Shown in pieces: positions 52,087-64,000 of a stretch of 64,000 nt of DNA. Numbering within the stretch: the first letter of the stretch is position 1; every line of letters begins with the position of its first letter. The DNA is taken from contig CT868034.1 of the NCBI GenBank assembly GCA_000165425.1, positions 62,001 through 126,000 on the forward strand, given 5' to 3'. Position numbers and translations under genes: made by a program. Under the pieces are notes generated by a model. The model was not told the DNA's origin. It was given only the letters and a program-made list of their open reading frames with translations, and did not search any database. The stretch is from Paramecium tetraurelia. Its lineage: Eukaryota.

Positions 52087-55000
52087 ATGAAAACAGAAAA
52101 CTAATAAGAAAATTAGGTTTTGACAAATGGGAATGGAGCCAATAGTTAGCCTAAAGAAGAACCAATGGTTCCATATTTTGAGCTTCTCAGGTATGCGAGT
52201 CCAAAAGACAAACTATTGATGATCATAGGTGGGATTGCAGCTTTTCTCAATGGAGCTTCATTTCCAAGTTTTTCAATCATTTTTGGAGATATGACTGATT
52301 CTTTTTCGTAAACAGGCGACGAAATGGTTCGATAAGCAGGGTTAAATGCAATGTAATTATTATAAAAATATGTATAGTTATTTCATTATTGTTGCTGCTG
52401 GGACAATGCTGATGTCCTTTATAATGTTTGCAACATGGATGATAACTGGTGAAAATCAGAGTATAGAATTTAGAAAAAGATATTTTGCTGCAATTTTAAA
52501 ATAAGAGATTGGCTGGTTTGATACAATTAATCCAAATGAATTGAATAGCAAAGTGGCAAATGAGACCTTTGCCGTATAGGGAGCCATAGGAGAGAAAGTT
52601 CCCACATTTATTATGACTTTTTCTATGTCATTCTTTGGATTTTTAATTGGTTACATTTAGTAAATTTTTATAATAATATTTTAGTGGTTGGTAATTAGCC
52701 TTAGTTGTAACAGCCACTCTACCAGCAATTTCAATAGCCACAGCCATATTTGCTATTATTATCCAAACTTCTGAGAATGCAACCCAAAAGTCATATTCTG
52801 ATGCTGGAGCATTAGCAGAATAAGCAATCAATGCAATTAAGACAGTGAAGATGTTGGATGGTGAGGACTTCGAAGTTGAGAAATACAAAAAGCATCTACT
52901 TTAAGCAACTGCAACAACAATCAGCTATCAATTTGGTGTTGGTTTAGCTTTTGGATTTTTATGGGCAGCCATGCTTTGGGCTTATGCACTTGGTTTCTGG
53001 TATGGAGCTAAATTAATATCTGATTAAGTATTGAATATATTAATATCAAAAGACTCTTAATCACAACATGGGAGAAGTTTATACAGTAGGAGATGTGATG
53101 ATTATCTTTTTTGCCATTTTGACTGGTGGATTCTCATTAGGATAGGCAGGTCCTTGTGTATAGAATTTTGCTAAAGGTAGACAGGCAGCAGTTAAAATGT
53201 TCGCTGTTTTAGATAGACATCCAAGAATTGTCAACCCTGTTAACCCAAAAAAGTTAACATCTTTTAATGGAACAATTTTATTGAAAAATATTTAATTTTG
53301 CTATCCAAACAGACCAGACTAAAAAATATTGAAAGGATTGACCTTAAATATCCCAGCTGGTAAGAAGGTAGCTTTGGTAGGAGAGAGTGGTTGTGGTAAA
53401 TCTACTGTGATGTAATTGATTGAAAGATTCTATGATTGTGAAGAAGGAGAGGTGTTATTTGGCGGAACTGATGGAATCAATGTGAAAGACTTAGATCTGG
53501 TTGATTTGAGAAGTAGAATTGGTCTTGTCGGATAAGAGCCAGTGTTATTTGCTACCAGCATCAAAGAGAACTTATTGTATGGTAAAACTGATGCAACTGA
53601 ATCTGAGATGATTGATGCATTGAAGAAGGCTAATGCTTGGGACTTTGTATCAAAAATGGATAAGGGATTGGAGACTTATGTTGGAATTGGAGGAGGTCAA
53701 TTGAGTGGTGGATAGAAGTAGAGAATTGCAATTGCCAGAGCCATCTTGAAGAAACCATAGATATTGTTACTTGATGAAGCTACCAGTGCTTTGGACAGAA
53801 CCAATGAAAGATTGATTTAAGAAACTTTGGATGAAGTGTCAAAGGGTATTACTACCATTGTCATTGCTCACAGATTAAGCACAATCTAAAATGCTGACTT
53901 AATCTATGTGGTTGATAAAGGTGTAGTCATTGAAATGGGATCTCATTAAGAGTTAATGAACTTGCATGGAAAATATGAGATTTTGGCTAAGAATTAAATC
54001 CAAGCTTAGAAGCATGAAGATGAATCCAGTTCTTCAATTTCTAGTCCTTCAGAAAAGAATATCTAAGATTAAAAAGCTAGTTCTTAAAGATCCGTCTAAA
54101 TAAAGATGAATATGATTGATCAACAAAACATAGTTGTTGCTGTTAAATAGGAGATTGATAGATTTTAGGACTTGGGAGTACCTGAACTAGTAAAGAAGGT
54201 TTCTGGATAAGGTCATCATCATCATCATCACCATCATCATAAGAAAATTGATACTGACATAGAAGCCTAACCATTACCTAAGACTGAAGAAGTAGAAAAG
54301 AAAAAAGAAGTAGATGCACAAATGGGTAGATTGTTCACTTACAATTCTGATGAGAAGGCACAATTTTTTATTGGTATCATAGCAGCCTTAGCAAATGGAT
54401 GCACTTTCCCAGTTTTCTCTTTATTCTTAGCAGAAATGATCACTGTTTTAGTTGAATCTAACCCATCATTTGCTGATTAAAAATGCTCAACGACTTACGA
54501 TAATCCAACACCAGAAATGTGCTAACTTTTCAAAGATGATTTAAAGGATGAAGTAAGAACCAAAGCAGATAGACTTGCCCTTTGGTTCTTCTTAATTGGA
54601 GTGGCTGCTTAAATATTGTGGACATTCCAAATGTACTTCTTGGCTTATGTGGGAGAGAAACTCACCTGCAAATTAAGATTAGACACTTATAGAAAATTGT
54701 TAAGAATGCCCATTGCTTATTTTGACATCCCAAAAAATAATGCAGGTACTTTGACAAGCAGATTGTCAGTCGATTGTAAATTGATTAATGGACTCACTTC
54801 ATCAATTTTGGGTATCAATATAGCTAATGTTGGTGCCTTGATTTGTGGAATAGTTATCTCATTTATTGCCAGTTGGTAAATGACTTTGATTATGCTTGGA
54901 TTGGCTCCTATGTCATATATCGGAGGAATATTGCAAACTCAATTTTTGTAAGGGTTCTCAGATCTCACTGATGAAGCATATAAAGATTCAGGTAATTTGA

Positions 55001-56212
55001 TTATGGAGGCTGTCACCAATGTTAGAACTGTTGTATCTTTTGGAAATGAGGAAATTATTCTTGGAATTTATTCAAAAAAGGTCTAACTTCCATTGATGAA
55101 GGCTAAACAAAGAGGAGTCTATGCTGGTTTGGCTTTTGGATTTTCTTAAATGCAAATGTTCATCATAAATGCTATAGTCTTTTATGTTGGAGCCATTCTT
55201 TGCAGAGATGGAGTCCTCACAATTGAAGACATGTTCAAATCCATTCTTGCCATCACTTTCGCCACTATGAGTGCAGGGAATAACGCTGCCTTTGCAGGTG
55301 ATATTGGAGCAGCTAAGAATGCAAGCAAGAACATTTTTGAAATTCTTGACAGTGAAGATGAATTCTAGAGAGAACAAAGATTGAAAAAGTAGAAACTCAC
55401 TGTACCAGTTTAAGGAGATATCCATTTTAACAATCTTACATTCAAGTATTTTGGAAGAGAAAAGAATGTTTTTGAGAATTTGAGTTTGACTGTTAAACAA
55501 GGATAGAAGGTAGCCTTTGTTGGTCCTTCTGGTTGTGGCAAGTCTACTTTGATGTAAATGTTGATGAGATTTTATGAACCTGATCAAGGTGTTATCACTA
55601 TCAATGGCATCGACATAACAGATTATGATATCAGATATATTAGGAGACAATTTGGAATTGTTTCACAAGAACCAGTGTTATTCAATGGTACCATAAAAGA
55701 GAACATCCAATATAATCTACAAGCGATTACTATGGAGTAAATAGAAAACGCATCCAAGAAAGCCAATGCTTATGATTTCGTTACTAAAAATTAATTTGAA
55801 GAAACCTAAGCAGAACAAAAAGGAACTGAACAACAGAGGGGAACAGGATTCGATAGATAAGTAGGACCAAAAGGAGCCTAAATTTCAGGTGGTCAAAAAT
55901 AAAGAATTGCCATTGCCAGAGCCATCCTTAGAGATTCAAATCTCTTATTACTTGATGAAGCCACAAGTGCTCTAGATGCTGCAAGTGAATAATTAGTGCA
56001 AGACAGTCTAAATAAACTGATGGAAGGAAAGACCACTGTTGCCATTGCTCATAGAATCTCAACAATCAAAGTAATTCATTTTTAATATCCATTAGGACTC
56101 TGATGCCATCTATGTCTTCGAAGACGGTAAAATCGTTGAAGAAGGAAATTACTAAAAATTGGTTGGCCTTAAAGGCGCTTTCTATAGACTTGAATAAGGA
56201 ATTGCTAAATGA
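52087..56212 (+). CDS. Full-length ABCB (MDR/P-glycoprotein) transporter
   Basis: [63 protein letters not shown]; tiny introns. Confidence 0.97.
54214..54240 (+). repeat. (CAY)9 trinucleotide run encoding His9 in the ABCB linker
   Basis: cat x5, cac, cat x3 in frame between NBD1 and TMD2. Confidence 0.95.
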
Positions 56213-56296
56213 TTTTGTGTTATATATTGCTTTATATTTTTAAATTTTAATTTAAAATTGATTTCTTTAACTAGAATACAAAAAAGTAATTAAATT

Positions 56297-59200
56297 TCAT
56301 TTCATAAAAACCTCAACGACCATCTCTTCAGTCAACTCTTCAAATAGGTAATCTGCTATCTCCATCAGAACCTCAGAGTACTCCTGTGTCATCTGAGACC
56401 ACTTTCTTTCGCCCTCTTACAACTAATCACATCTATTTAGTATCATACTTCTATCTAAAGACAACTCTGTATCCTCTCCTCATTGATGTAGGCCAATGAA
56501 TCATTTCCTTGGCATTCCTGCATAATTATGAGTTACTCATAATTCAGTTGTCTAACCGATATCACAGGAATCTCATCAGATAACAATCCTAATCATTCTT
56601 AAATGCTCATTTCATACCACATAAAGTCTTCGACCAATCAAACACTTTCTATCTTGCCCTCTCTAAAATAATCGTTATGTCCTCTATTCCATAACAGACT
56701 CTCTGAGAAATATTGGTCTCAGTGCACCAAGGGTAGGGAATTCCTTCGTCTTGGTAGAAGGGTCTCAGAATATTCAAGGCTTCATTGAAAGCATCAAATA
56801 TGGCCTAGTTGTGAATTTTTTCATACTAATTTTGAGTTTCCATAACTTGTTCTATGATAGATTTCTTTTATAACTTATTTAGTAGAGTGGTTGAACTTCA
56901 TGATGATCTTCGAAATCATCCTAACCATGTAATTATCTCAATCTGCTTATGGGTTTCCTACCATAGGGAGTGTTCATTCTCTTCAGAAATTCCTCCTGAT
57001 TGCTTTCTATATCCTTAGATTTCAATTGTGTACCTAAAATAGCAAAGCACATCAAATTGATGAAGTTGTTTATAACTCCCAAGTTTGTAAGGATTCCAGC
57101 ATTGGTTTGATAAGCATACTACTGAATCAATTCTATTTTATTCAAACTGTTCGATGCTTCATTGACTAATTGCTCGATGATCTTTTCTGTCTCCTCCTCC
57201 ACTCTCAAAGCTGAATTCAAACCATAGATTTACACCTACGGTTCTCGATAATCTGTTATTACTTATTTGGATTCATTATTAGGTGATACCTATAAAGGTC
57301 TTGCAATTTAATTTCCAAAAAAGAGTTCTTCATTAAATGTTGAAATTTCAAAATCCTTTTTTTTTGTTTCTTACTAAAATGGTTTTGAAAATTAATTCTA
57401 CTTCTATTACGATATTGGTTATTATTAAGCTAATTTCATTTCATTTTTATCGTAAATCTAATTCAAAAATTTAGTATTTGGAGTTACTATTTTTGGAGAA
57501 TTGGGAATACTGAATTAGAGATCCGATTGATCCAAGAAACTCTCGTCTTTAATTTCAGATTAATCAAATGAAATTTATTCTAACTATTAAAGTGCCAATA
57601 CATACATAACTAAGACAAAACGAGCATCTAGTCTTTTTTCAAGTCCTTAACAATATTCACATCCTGTTCAGTCTTCTTCAACAAAGTATTCGATTGTTTT
57701 TACACTTTCTGCAATTCCGATTTGAATTTCTACAATTAATCGGCTTGCTTTGAGAACCAAGATTAAACCAATTGTTTATTGTGATGAAACGATCTCGGAG
57801 ATATTTTCTATTGCTGCAACAAGGTCTAAAATGCCTACATCTAACTATTAACTCTTAATTTTATGCTCTAATTGATATGATTCTTAAATACCTTCTCCCT
57901 TTGTTGACATATCTCCTCTATTTAAGAATTAGTCAAGAACTCTTTCTTAAAAATGAAACTGCTGTTTGACATCGGTGATGATGCATGTGATTTCTTAGGG
58001 AACTCCTCCAATGCCATCTTCAAATGAGTTTCTGTAATGTTATTCTTTTAATTTGATTGATTGTTTGCTTTTAAATTTTCCACAGCTTAATTCAAATCAG
58101 AAATTGAAGTCTATAATTCCTCATCCCTCCTTTCAACTCTAATCTGCTTTAATATTTGTTAAAATTATTGAATTTGATCCTCTGATAAATTCTTTAATTC
58201 ATGAAAGATATTCATCAACACACTGCTATCCTTTTCATCAGATCTTTAAATTGACAAAGTATTGAGTCTTACAGAACTTGGCTTTGAGTCATCCTTTGGC
58301 TGATCTTCAAGACTTTTAATTTAAGGTACCTAAGGATAAACACTATTGTAATACATCTAATTTGTAATTCTTTATTGGAATAGGAGATTCGGTAGTCCGT
58401 ATTTGCGTTCTTATTTTTTTGTCCTGCTTGTTTGATTTGTCTCTCAATAGATGCTTCAATCTTAAAGTGTGAATCTCTGACACCTTATTAGGACTAGGAT
58501 TAGTAATTTATTATTATTATTGTTGTTGTTGCAAATGTTTCTATTTGCTCCTTCCCTTCTTTTTACTCAGTGTTCTCACTTACCGAAGAAGACTGGGAGA
58601 GTACTCGATGTTCCCCATCTAAAATTTCTCTTGTGTTGGACTAAACTAAGATGTGATTTGCTCATTATAATGATGAATGGCTTGCTCTCTGGATCTAGAT
58701 TTGTGTTTCTTTTTAAAAGAAGTAGATTCTTTTTCAGGAGATTTCGATTTTGACTTAGATTTAGACTTGGATTTAGATACTGTTCTGCTTAAACTAGTCT
58801 TTGATGAAACAAACTTTTTCAAAATTTCATTAAGCAATGGTTTCTGTAGATTTTGTTACGGAGTTTGTTACTTATTCTGTTTTACTCTTTGTTTTTATGG
58901 GGAACGCGATGTATTTTTTGTCTTTTGTTAAGCAGCAGCAGGAATTAGGGCTTTCTTTTTCTCTGGATTCCTTTTCAGGGTTTTATCTTACGAGATATCA
59001 TCTTTTTTCTTAATATTTTACAATGATTAACTATTCATCTAATTGCTCAGATAATGATTTTTTTCTGCTTTTTTTGTTATCTTCAAAGTATTACTCTGTG
59101 TGTTTTTTTGCTTTGTTTTATTTGCCTATTTTATTTATTTCTATTCGTAAGGGATATACGATTATTTCAAAAAAATATTTTCAAAAACATCTGGTGATTG

Positions 59201-59509
59201 TTTGCCTTATTAAACCCCTTGACTTGCTTAAGGGACATCCAGACTATTGTATCGATTAAAATTAGCAAAAACTTGACTACTCTCGAATCTGTCGGTTGGT
59301 GATGCCAAATTATTGTCTGTAAATAAGCAAGATGATCTTAATGATTTCACTTCTGTCGGATTCTTCGTCATTGTTATTTTTTAAGCTGATGTAGAGTTTA
59401 TGATATTATTATTCAGAGCCTTTAGTCTGCCTTGAAGTTTTTGAATATTTTTCTCCAAAGCATTTGAGTAATTTTAACGCAATTATTTGAAATCGTTAAA
59501 TTCATTCAT
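56297..59509 (-). CDS. Large low-complexity/coiled-coil protein with C-terminal DUF4378-like domain (centrosomal type)
   Basis: ATG 59509 MNEFNDFKQLRQ...; C-terminal IHNQAIFDAFNEALNILRPFY..PYPW..EEDTELSLD; SKSKSK dipeptide tract near 58740-58780. Confidence 0.7.
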
Positions 59510-60494
59510 TTGATTTATTAATAAATGAATTCTCATTCTAAATATTGAAGAACACAACGTAGAATTTCATTCATTCTTATATTTCTACAAATTCATAGAA
59601 CTTAAGAACCAATTATTCAAAAGAAATTCGATAATAAGGCTCTGTAAGAAATCAATATATTGCATTATTATCTAGTCCTTATTGAACAAGACAGAATTCA
59701 AGGGTAATTGGAGGAAAATCATCTCAAAAATTGTATGCTATAAAGAATTGAATATTATTTTGATCTTTTTAATACCTGTTGTATTCTGAGGAGATCTAGA
59801 TATCAATGATTACTTGATATTATTGGAGAAATTAATATCAGGGAAGAATGATATTTATGATAACTTTCTTAAATTATGATGTTTTTAATTAATTTATCTT
59901 GCTTATAAAATATGCTAATCAATAAAAATATCATTAAGGGTATCTTTATAATAATTTATGAAATCCATTGATACTTCTATTTTCAAGGTATTACTTTCAA
60001 GACAACTTAAAGAATTTCATTAAGTTTAATTGCCAATATTTATTTAAAAATTATATTTATAATCATGTTTATCTATACATTTCAAAGATAATATTCATAT
60101 CTTCTGCACTTCTTGAATCTTTTATAGAAGTATACTATTTTAATTAGGATACATTTTTGTCAAACTTGACTTATGCAATTTTATAATCCTAAGGCTGTTC
60201 TGCTTAGACAAGAATAATATTTCATCTAGATTAATTCTAATTATAATTAAAATTTAAAAAATTCTATTTAATTCTTTAGTATTGTCCATTTCTTTAAGAT
60301 CTTAATAAGCAAACATAGAATTTTCAGAATTTATTAGAACTTGGTACAAACTTGATTTAAATCTTATAATTAATTAAAGAATTGTTAATAAATTATAATA
60401 ATTATTTATTCTTTCAATAAATAAATACTATTTTATATTCCTATATTGCACTTATAAGTAATATATCTAGAAGCAATTTATTAGATTTAATAAT

Positions 60495-60935
60495 TCATTT
60501 TTATTTTTTCTTCTTTTTGGGATCTTCATTGAATTCTAATGCTTGAATTTCAACGATTCCATTGCCAATTTTATTTTATTCTAATTTGCAATCCCGTAAT
60601 GATAATCTCCATCTTGTAATATCTTTGAGTCCAAAATTCTTCTCTTAATGAATGTTATAGCTGGTGCATTCAGCATCAAAAAGGTTGGACCTGGAATTTT
60701 TATGTTAATTTTAATTTTGCTTCAACTTATCTAAAGTGGCTTCCCAAACCTCCTACACAATTTATCCAATATTTTTCTCTTTCTCATATTATTATCTCTT
60801 GATTTCTTGCTCATCATTACAATCATCTTCTAAGCTTTTTTACTTGCAAAACTCCTACCAAGCATCTTCCAAAGCTTATGCCAATTATGTATGAGCCAAT
60901 ATCCAAGTTGAGATTTCCTATTTCTTTTAACTCAT
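60495..60935 (-). CDS. Divergent TFIIA gamma (small subunit)-like protein
   Basis: 146-aa intronless ORF: HTQLAQALEDAWQEF..IVQEVWEATLDKL..LFDAECTSYNI..WRLSLRDC..VEIQALE mirrors the TFIIA-gamma helix pair plus beta barrel; basic tail. Confidence 0.55.
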
Positions 60936-61114
60936 TTACAATTACTTTTTATAAATATTATTAATAACTAAAAACTTGTAATTGTAGCATTTTTTAATCC
61001 AATAATTGTAATCCTTTAAAACTAAAAATATCAGTTATAATATTAATTTTATAAAAGAGTTAAACATAATGAAATGTTCATAAGTATAGATTAAATTAAG
61101 ATTATCTATATCAA

Positions 61115-62344
61115 TCATAAATCTGTAAAATATTCATGTTGCAAAATATCCTCTGCAGTTATTCTAAATGCATGATCATAAACAAATATTTTATTTAGTA
61201 AGTCAATGGCTTAGGGTGTTACTAATTCTCTATTCTCATCATTTATAAATGTTTCTAATGGTATCTTCTCATGACCAATTAACTTACTATGGAGATCATC
61301 TGGAATTGAAATACTGTACTTATCACAAAACTTAAAGAAATCTTTAGATCCTAATACTTTAACCACTTTTAAGAGTTAATCATCATTATTCCTTCCATTA
61401 AAGAATGGATATTTCTTAAAAACAGCTGTTGCAAAAATAGAACCTAATGCCCAAACATCAACTGCGTAATCATAATATTTATAATGAATCAATTATTCTG
61501 GAGCTCGATAATGACGAGTGCCTACTCTTGTTCTATATTCTTTCATAGGAAAGTAGAAATCACTTACTCCCCAGTCAATCAATTAAATTTGATCATTATT
61601 TACTATGATATTTGCAGGTTTTATGTCTAAATGCATGATTCCTTTAGCGTGACTAGTTGCCAAAGCTTGAAATAACTTAAAGTATAGATTTTTGATATCT
61701 TCAGGGGTTAAGTCATGATAATAATTATAGATTCTGTAATCAAAAGTCGTGCAATTTTAAAGTTCTTAAAAGACTAGAACTGGACTGGAATCATTGAAGA
61801 ATGCATCAACCAATCTAACAATGTTTGGATTGCTTTCCTCATTCAGTGTGTTTAAAACTTAGGCTTCCATCTTTGCCCACCATGTATATTCTTTTTTAAT
61901 TTGCTTTAATACAACGGGCAATCCATCACTCATTCTAATTGCGCTTTAAACAAAAGCAAATGTACCATCTCCAAGGTACTTTTTTACAACATAATCACTC
62001 ATATTGCCTTGTTGGATATTGTAGGGCAAGACTTAATTTCTATTTACATCTGGATATATTCTAGAAACCCTTAAATCATTCAAATCTATTTCTTAATCAT
62101 AATCGTAAGGTTCTAAATACTCTATGAATTCTGGTGTCCCATCTTCATCAAATGTGGTAGAATCTTCAGGAAAATATTCGTTTTTCTCTTATCTGCTTGA
62201 TGCATGTACAACCACATTACCCACATAATAATGTTTCAATTGACCATTCAAGACTACATTTATTGACTATGAAAATACTGCATCATTAGGATCTTGACAA
62301 TCTATTGTAAATAGCAATCCCAAAAACCAAAAAATTTATTACAT
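61115..62344 (-). CDS. CK2-alpha-like protein kinase with N-terminal signal-peptide-like segment
   Basis: Intronless 409-aa ORF; SRIYPDVN, GIMHLDIKPANI, LIDWGVSDFYFPMKEYRTRVGTRHYRAPE, YDYAVDVWALG, PFFNGRNNDDQLLKVVKVLG. Confidence 0.9.
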
Positions 62345-62365
62345 TAAGAAATTAATTAAAAAAAA

Positions 62366-62438
62366 TGATCACGGCCAGTCTCGAACTGGCGGCCTCGTCC
62401 TTGTTAGGGACGCGTGATAACCCCTACACCACGCGATC
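62366..62438 (-). tRNA. tRNA-Val (anticodon AAC)
   Basis: 73 nt cloverleaf: acceptor GATCGCG/CGTGATC+A, anticodon arm CGTCC-CT-AAC-AA-GGACG, T arm GCCAG-TTCGAGA-CTGGC, followed by an oligo-T terminator. Confidence 0.96.
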
Positions 62439-62652
62439 AATTATGACTATAAGGGCAGATTTCTATAGATTAATATTCATAATAAATCAACAATATTCTT
62501 AATTTTACATTTTTCAATCTATTTGGTGAATTCGATTTCATTCCTTGTCAATGTTAAGATAAGATATTGATGAGAAATCATTAATACTCAAGTATCATAC
62601 ATTAGTAAAACATATATGTCTATAATAAGAATAATAAAATTTAAAGAAAGAT

Positions 62653-64000
62653 TCAAAATTGCTAACTAGCTTTTTGTTTAGCTACAAGAGTATTTAATTC
62701 TTTATTTATGTCTTGTATTTTATCTATTATTTGAAGCAAAAGTTGTCTTTTTTCTCTTTTGATTTTCAAATCAGTCAATTATGAAATCGCACTTTCAATT
62801 TCTTCATATTTTTAATTTAGAATCTTCAATTAATCATTCAGTTCTTAGATTCTAGGTTAAATTTGGAGATATTTCTCTTATTTATTTGCACTTAATTAAA
62901 TAGTTTGAATTTATTCATCGATAAGATTTCCAATATTATTCCTATCTTCACTCTTCTATTGAGTGAGAAAGTTCTCTTCTTGAGTCTTTACTATCAATCT
63001 GCTGAAAACACTGCTTTAAGAGTCATTTTATTGTATTTTATATGATTCTTACGGACTATTAAACATTGAATTGCAAGGTTATTCAAGTAATTGTTATTTG
63101 CTATCATTATTCTGCTATCTATAGTTCCTTAAATTTTATGTTTTTTTAACAATCTCTGCACTTTATTTGCATTTCTTAAATGTCTCTCTTGGACTTTAAG
63201 TATGCATTATGGAATTGGAAGACAAATTATTTAATTATTGCTTCAGTTAATCAATTTTGATATTAGACTCTGACAATTTCTAAACTCTCTTCAATTCTGA
63301 TTTCTCCAATTCTTGTGTTTTATGATCTAAACCAAATTGTAACTTTAAATTTAATTCCTTATACTATTCCACTTAACTAGTTAATTCGTGAATCTAATTT
63401 TTTTATTTCATAGTTTCTTCCTGCAATTCTATAATAGCACATGGATTATACTTTGAAATTTCTTCTCATCATATTACTTTGTATACCAATTCATATAAGT
63501 TCGTATCTCAAGGAATTGTTCTTTTAATTTACTCATTTCCTCTTACAATTGTTCATTCTTTTCAATTAAGAATTTGGTCTCCCTCTTTTCCTAATCCAAA
63601 ATAAATTCAAGGTTATTGTTGTTCTACAGATGTAGTCAATATAAATACTAATTTTTCTTATTGAATTGCTTGAGTTTACGAGTTAATTTTAATCCTGTAG
63701 TTTTAGTTGTTTTCTCCTTGCAATTCCAATTAATCCTATCTAACAAAAACAGTAAATAAATTAATTACAATTGTTGTATCTATTCCAATTATTCTCTATA
63801 TCTTTAATCAGATTATTGAGCTATGTTCATTAGATTGTCTTGCAATTATTATATTTTTTATTCGCTCTCTTCTATGATTTATTATTTTTCAACTTCCACC
63901 TAAGCCAGTTTTAATTCCACATCTCTTATTTACTGATTTTCATTGGGTTTTTAATGAGCGCTTACATGTCTTTGTTTAACCTCGAATGATTTAATTAATC
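62653..64000 (-). CDS. 3' part of a long coiled-coil protein (starts outside the window; stop position approximate)
   Basis: Code-6 frame rich in Q/E/K/L heptads across 62.7-64 kb. Confidence 0.6.

Noticed and set aside
55072..55650. 192-aa minus-strand ORF
   Set aside because: Antisense to the ABCB TMD2/NBD2 region
58735..58782. Imperfect 6-nt tandem repeat
   Set aside because: Encodes an SKSKSK low-complexity tract within the DUF4378-like gene; not a CRISPR, telomeric or satellite repeat

Overview
AT-rich, gene-dense ciliate macronuclear DNA, almost certainly Paramecium. TAA/TAG read as Gln and TGA is the only stop (translation table 6), introns are 20-35 nt GT..AG, and many intergenic gaps are under 50 nt. 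The supplied standard-code ORF track therefore fragments nearly every gene; I re-read the genes by hand with code 6. About 36 protein genes and one tRNA-Val(AAC) are supported. Recognisable genes include a gamma-CA-like and an NDUFB9-like complex I subunit, Mpo1/DUF962, BLOS2, dynactin p25, a Rab2-like GTPase, HflX, Mpp10, Kelch-BTB, S28 peptidase, PP1, PP5, S1/P1 nuclease, a Mei2-like RRM protein, Cwc24, HSF, a ULK-like kinase, an ABCB/MDR pump and a divergent TFIIA-gamma-like protein. Highlights: (1) a candidate metal(loid)-detoxification locus at about 49.5-56.2 kb, made of a bacterial-type ArsM arsenite methyltransferase lacking one conserved Cys, three upstream GTGATTCA AP-1-like motifs, and an adjacent P-glycoprotein with a His9 linker; (2) an intronless CK2-alpha-like kinase with an apparent signal peptide, just downstream of a tRNA; (3) several pseudoenzymes (pepsin-like and rhomboid-like genes head-to-head, and an asparaginase-ankyrin protein with all catalytic motifs replaced). 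Family calls are motif recognition by eye, not database searches; boundaries of the hypothetical genes are approximate.
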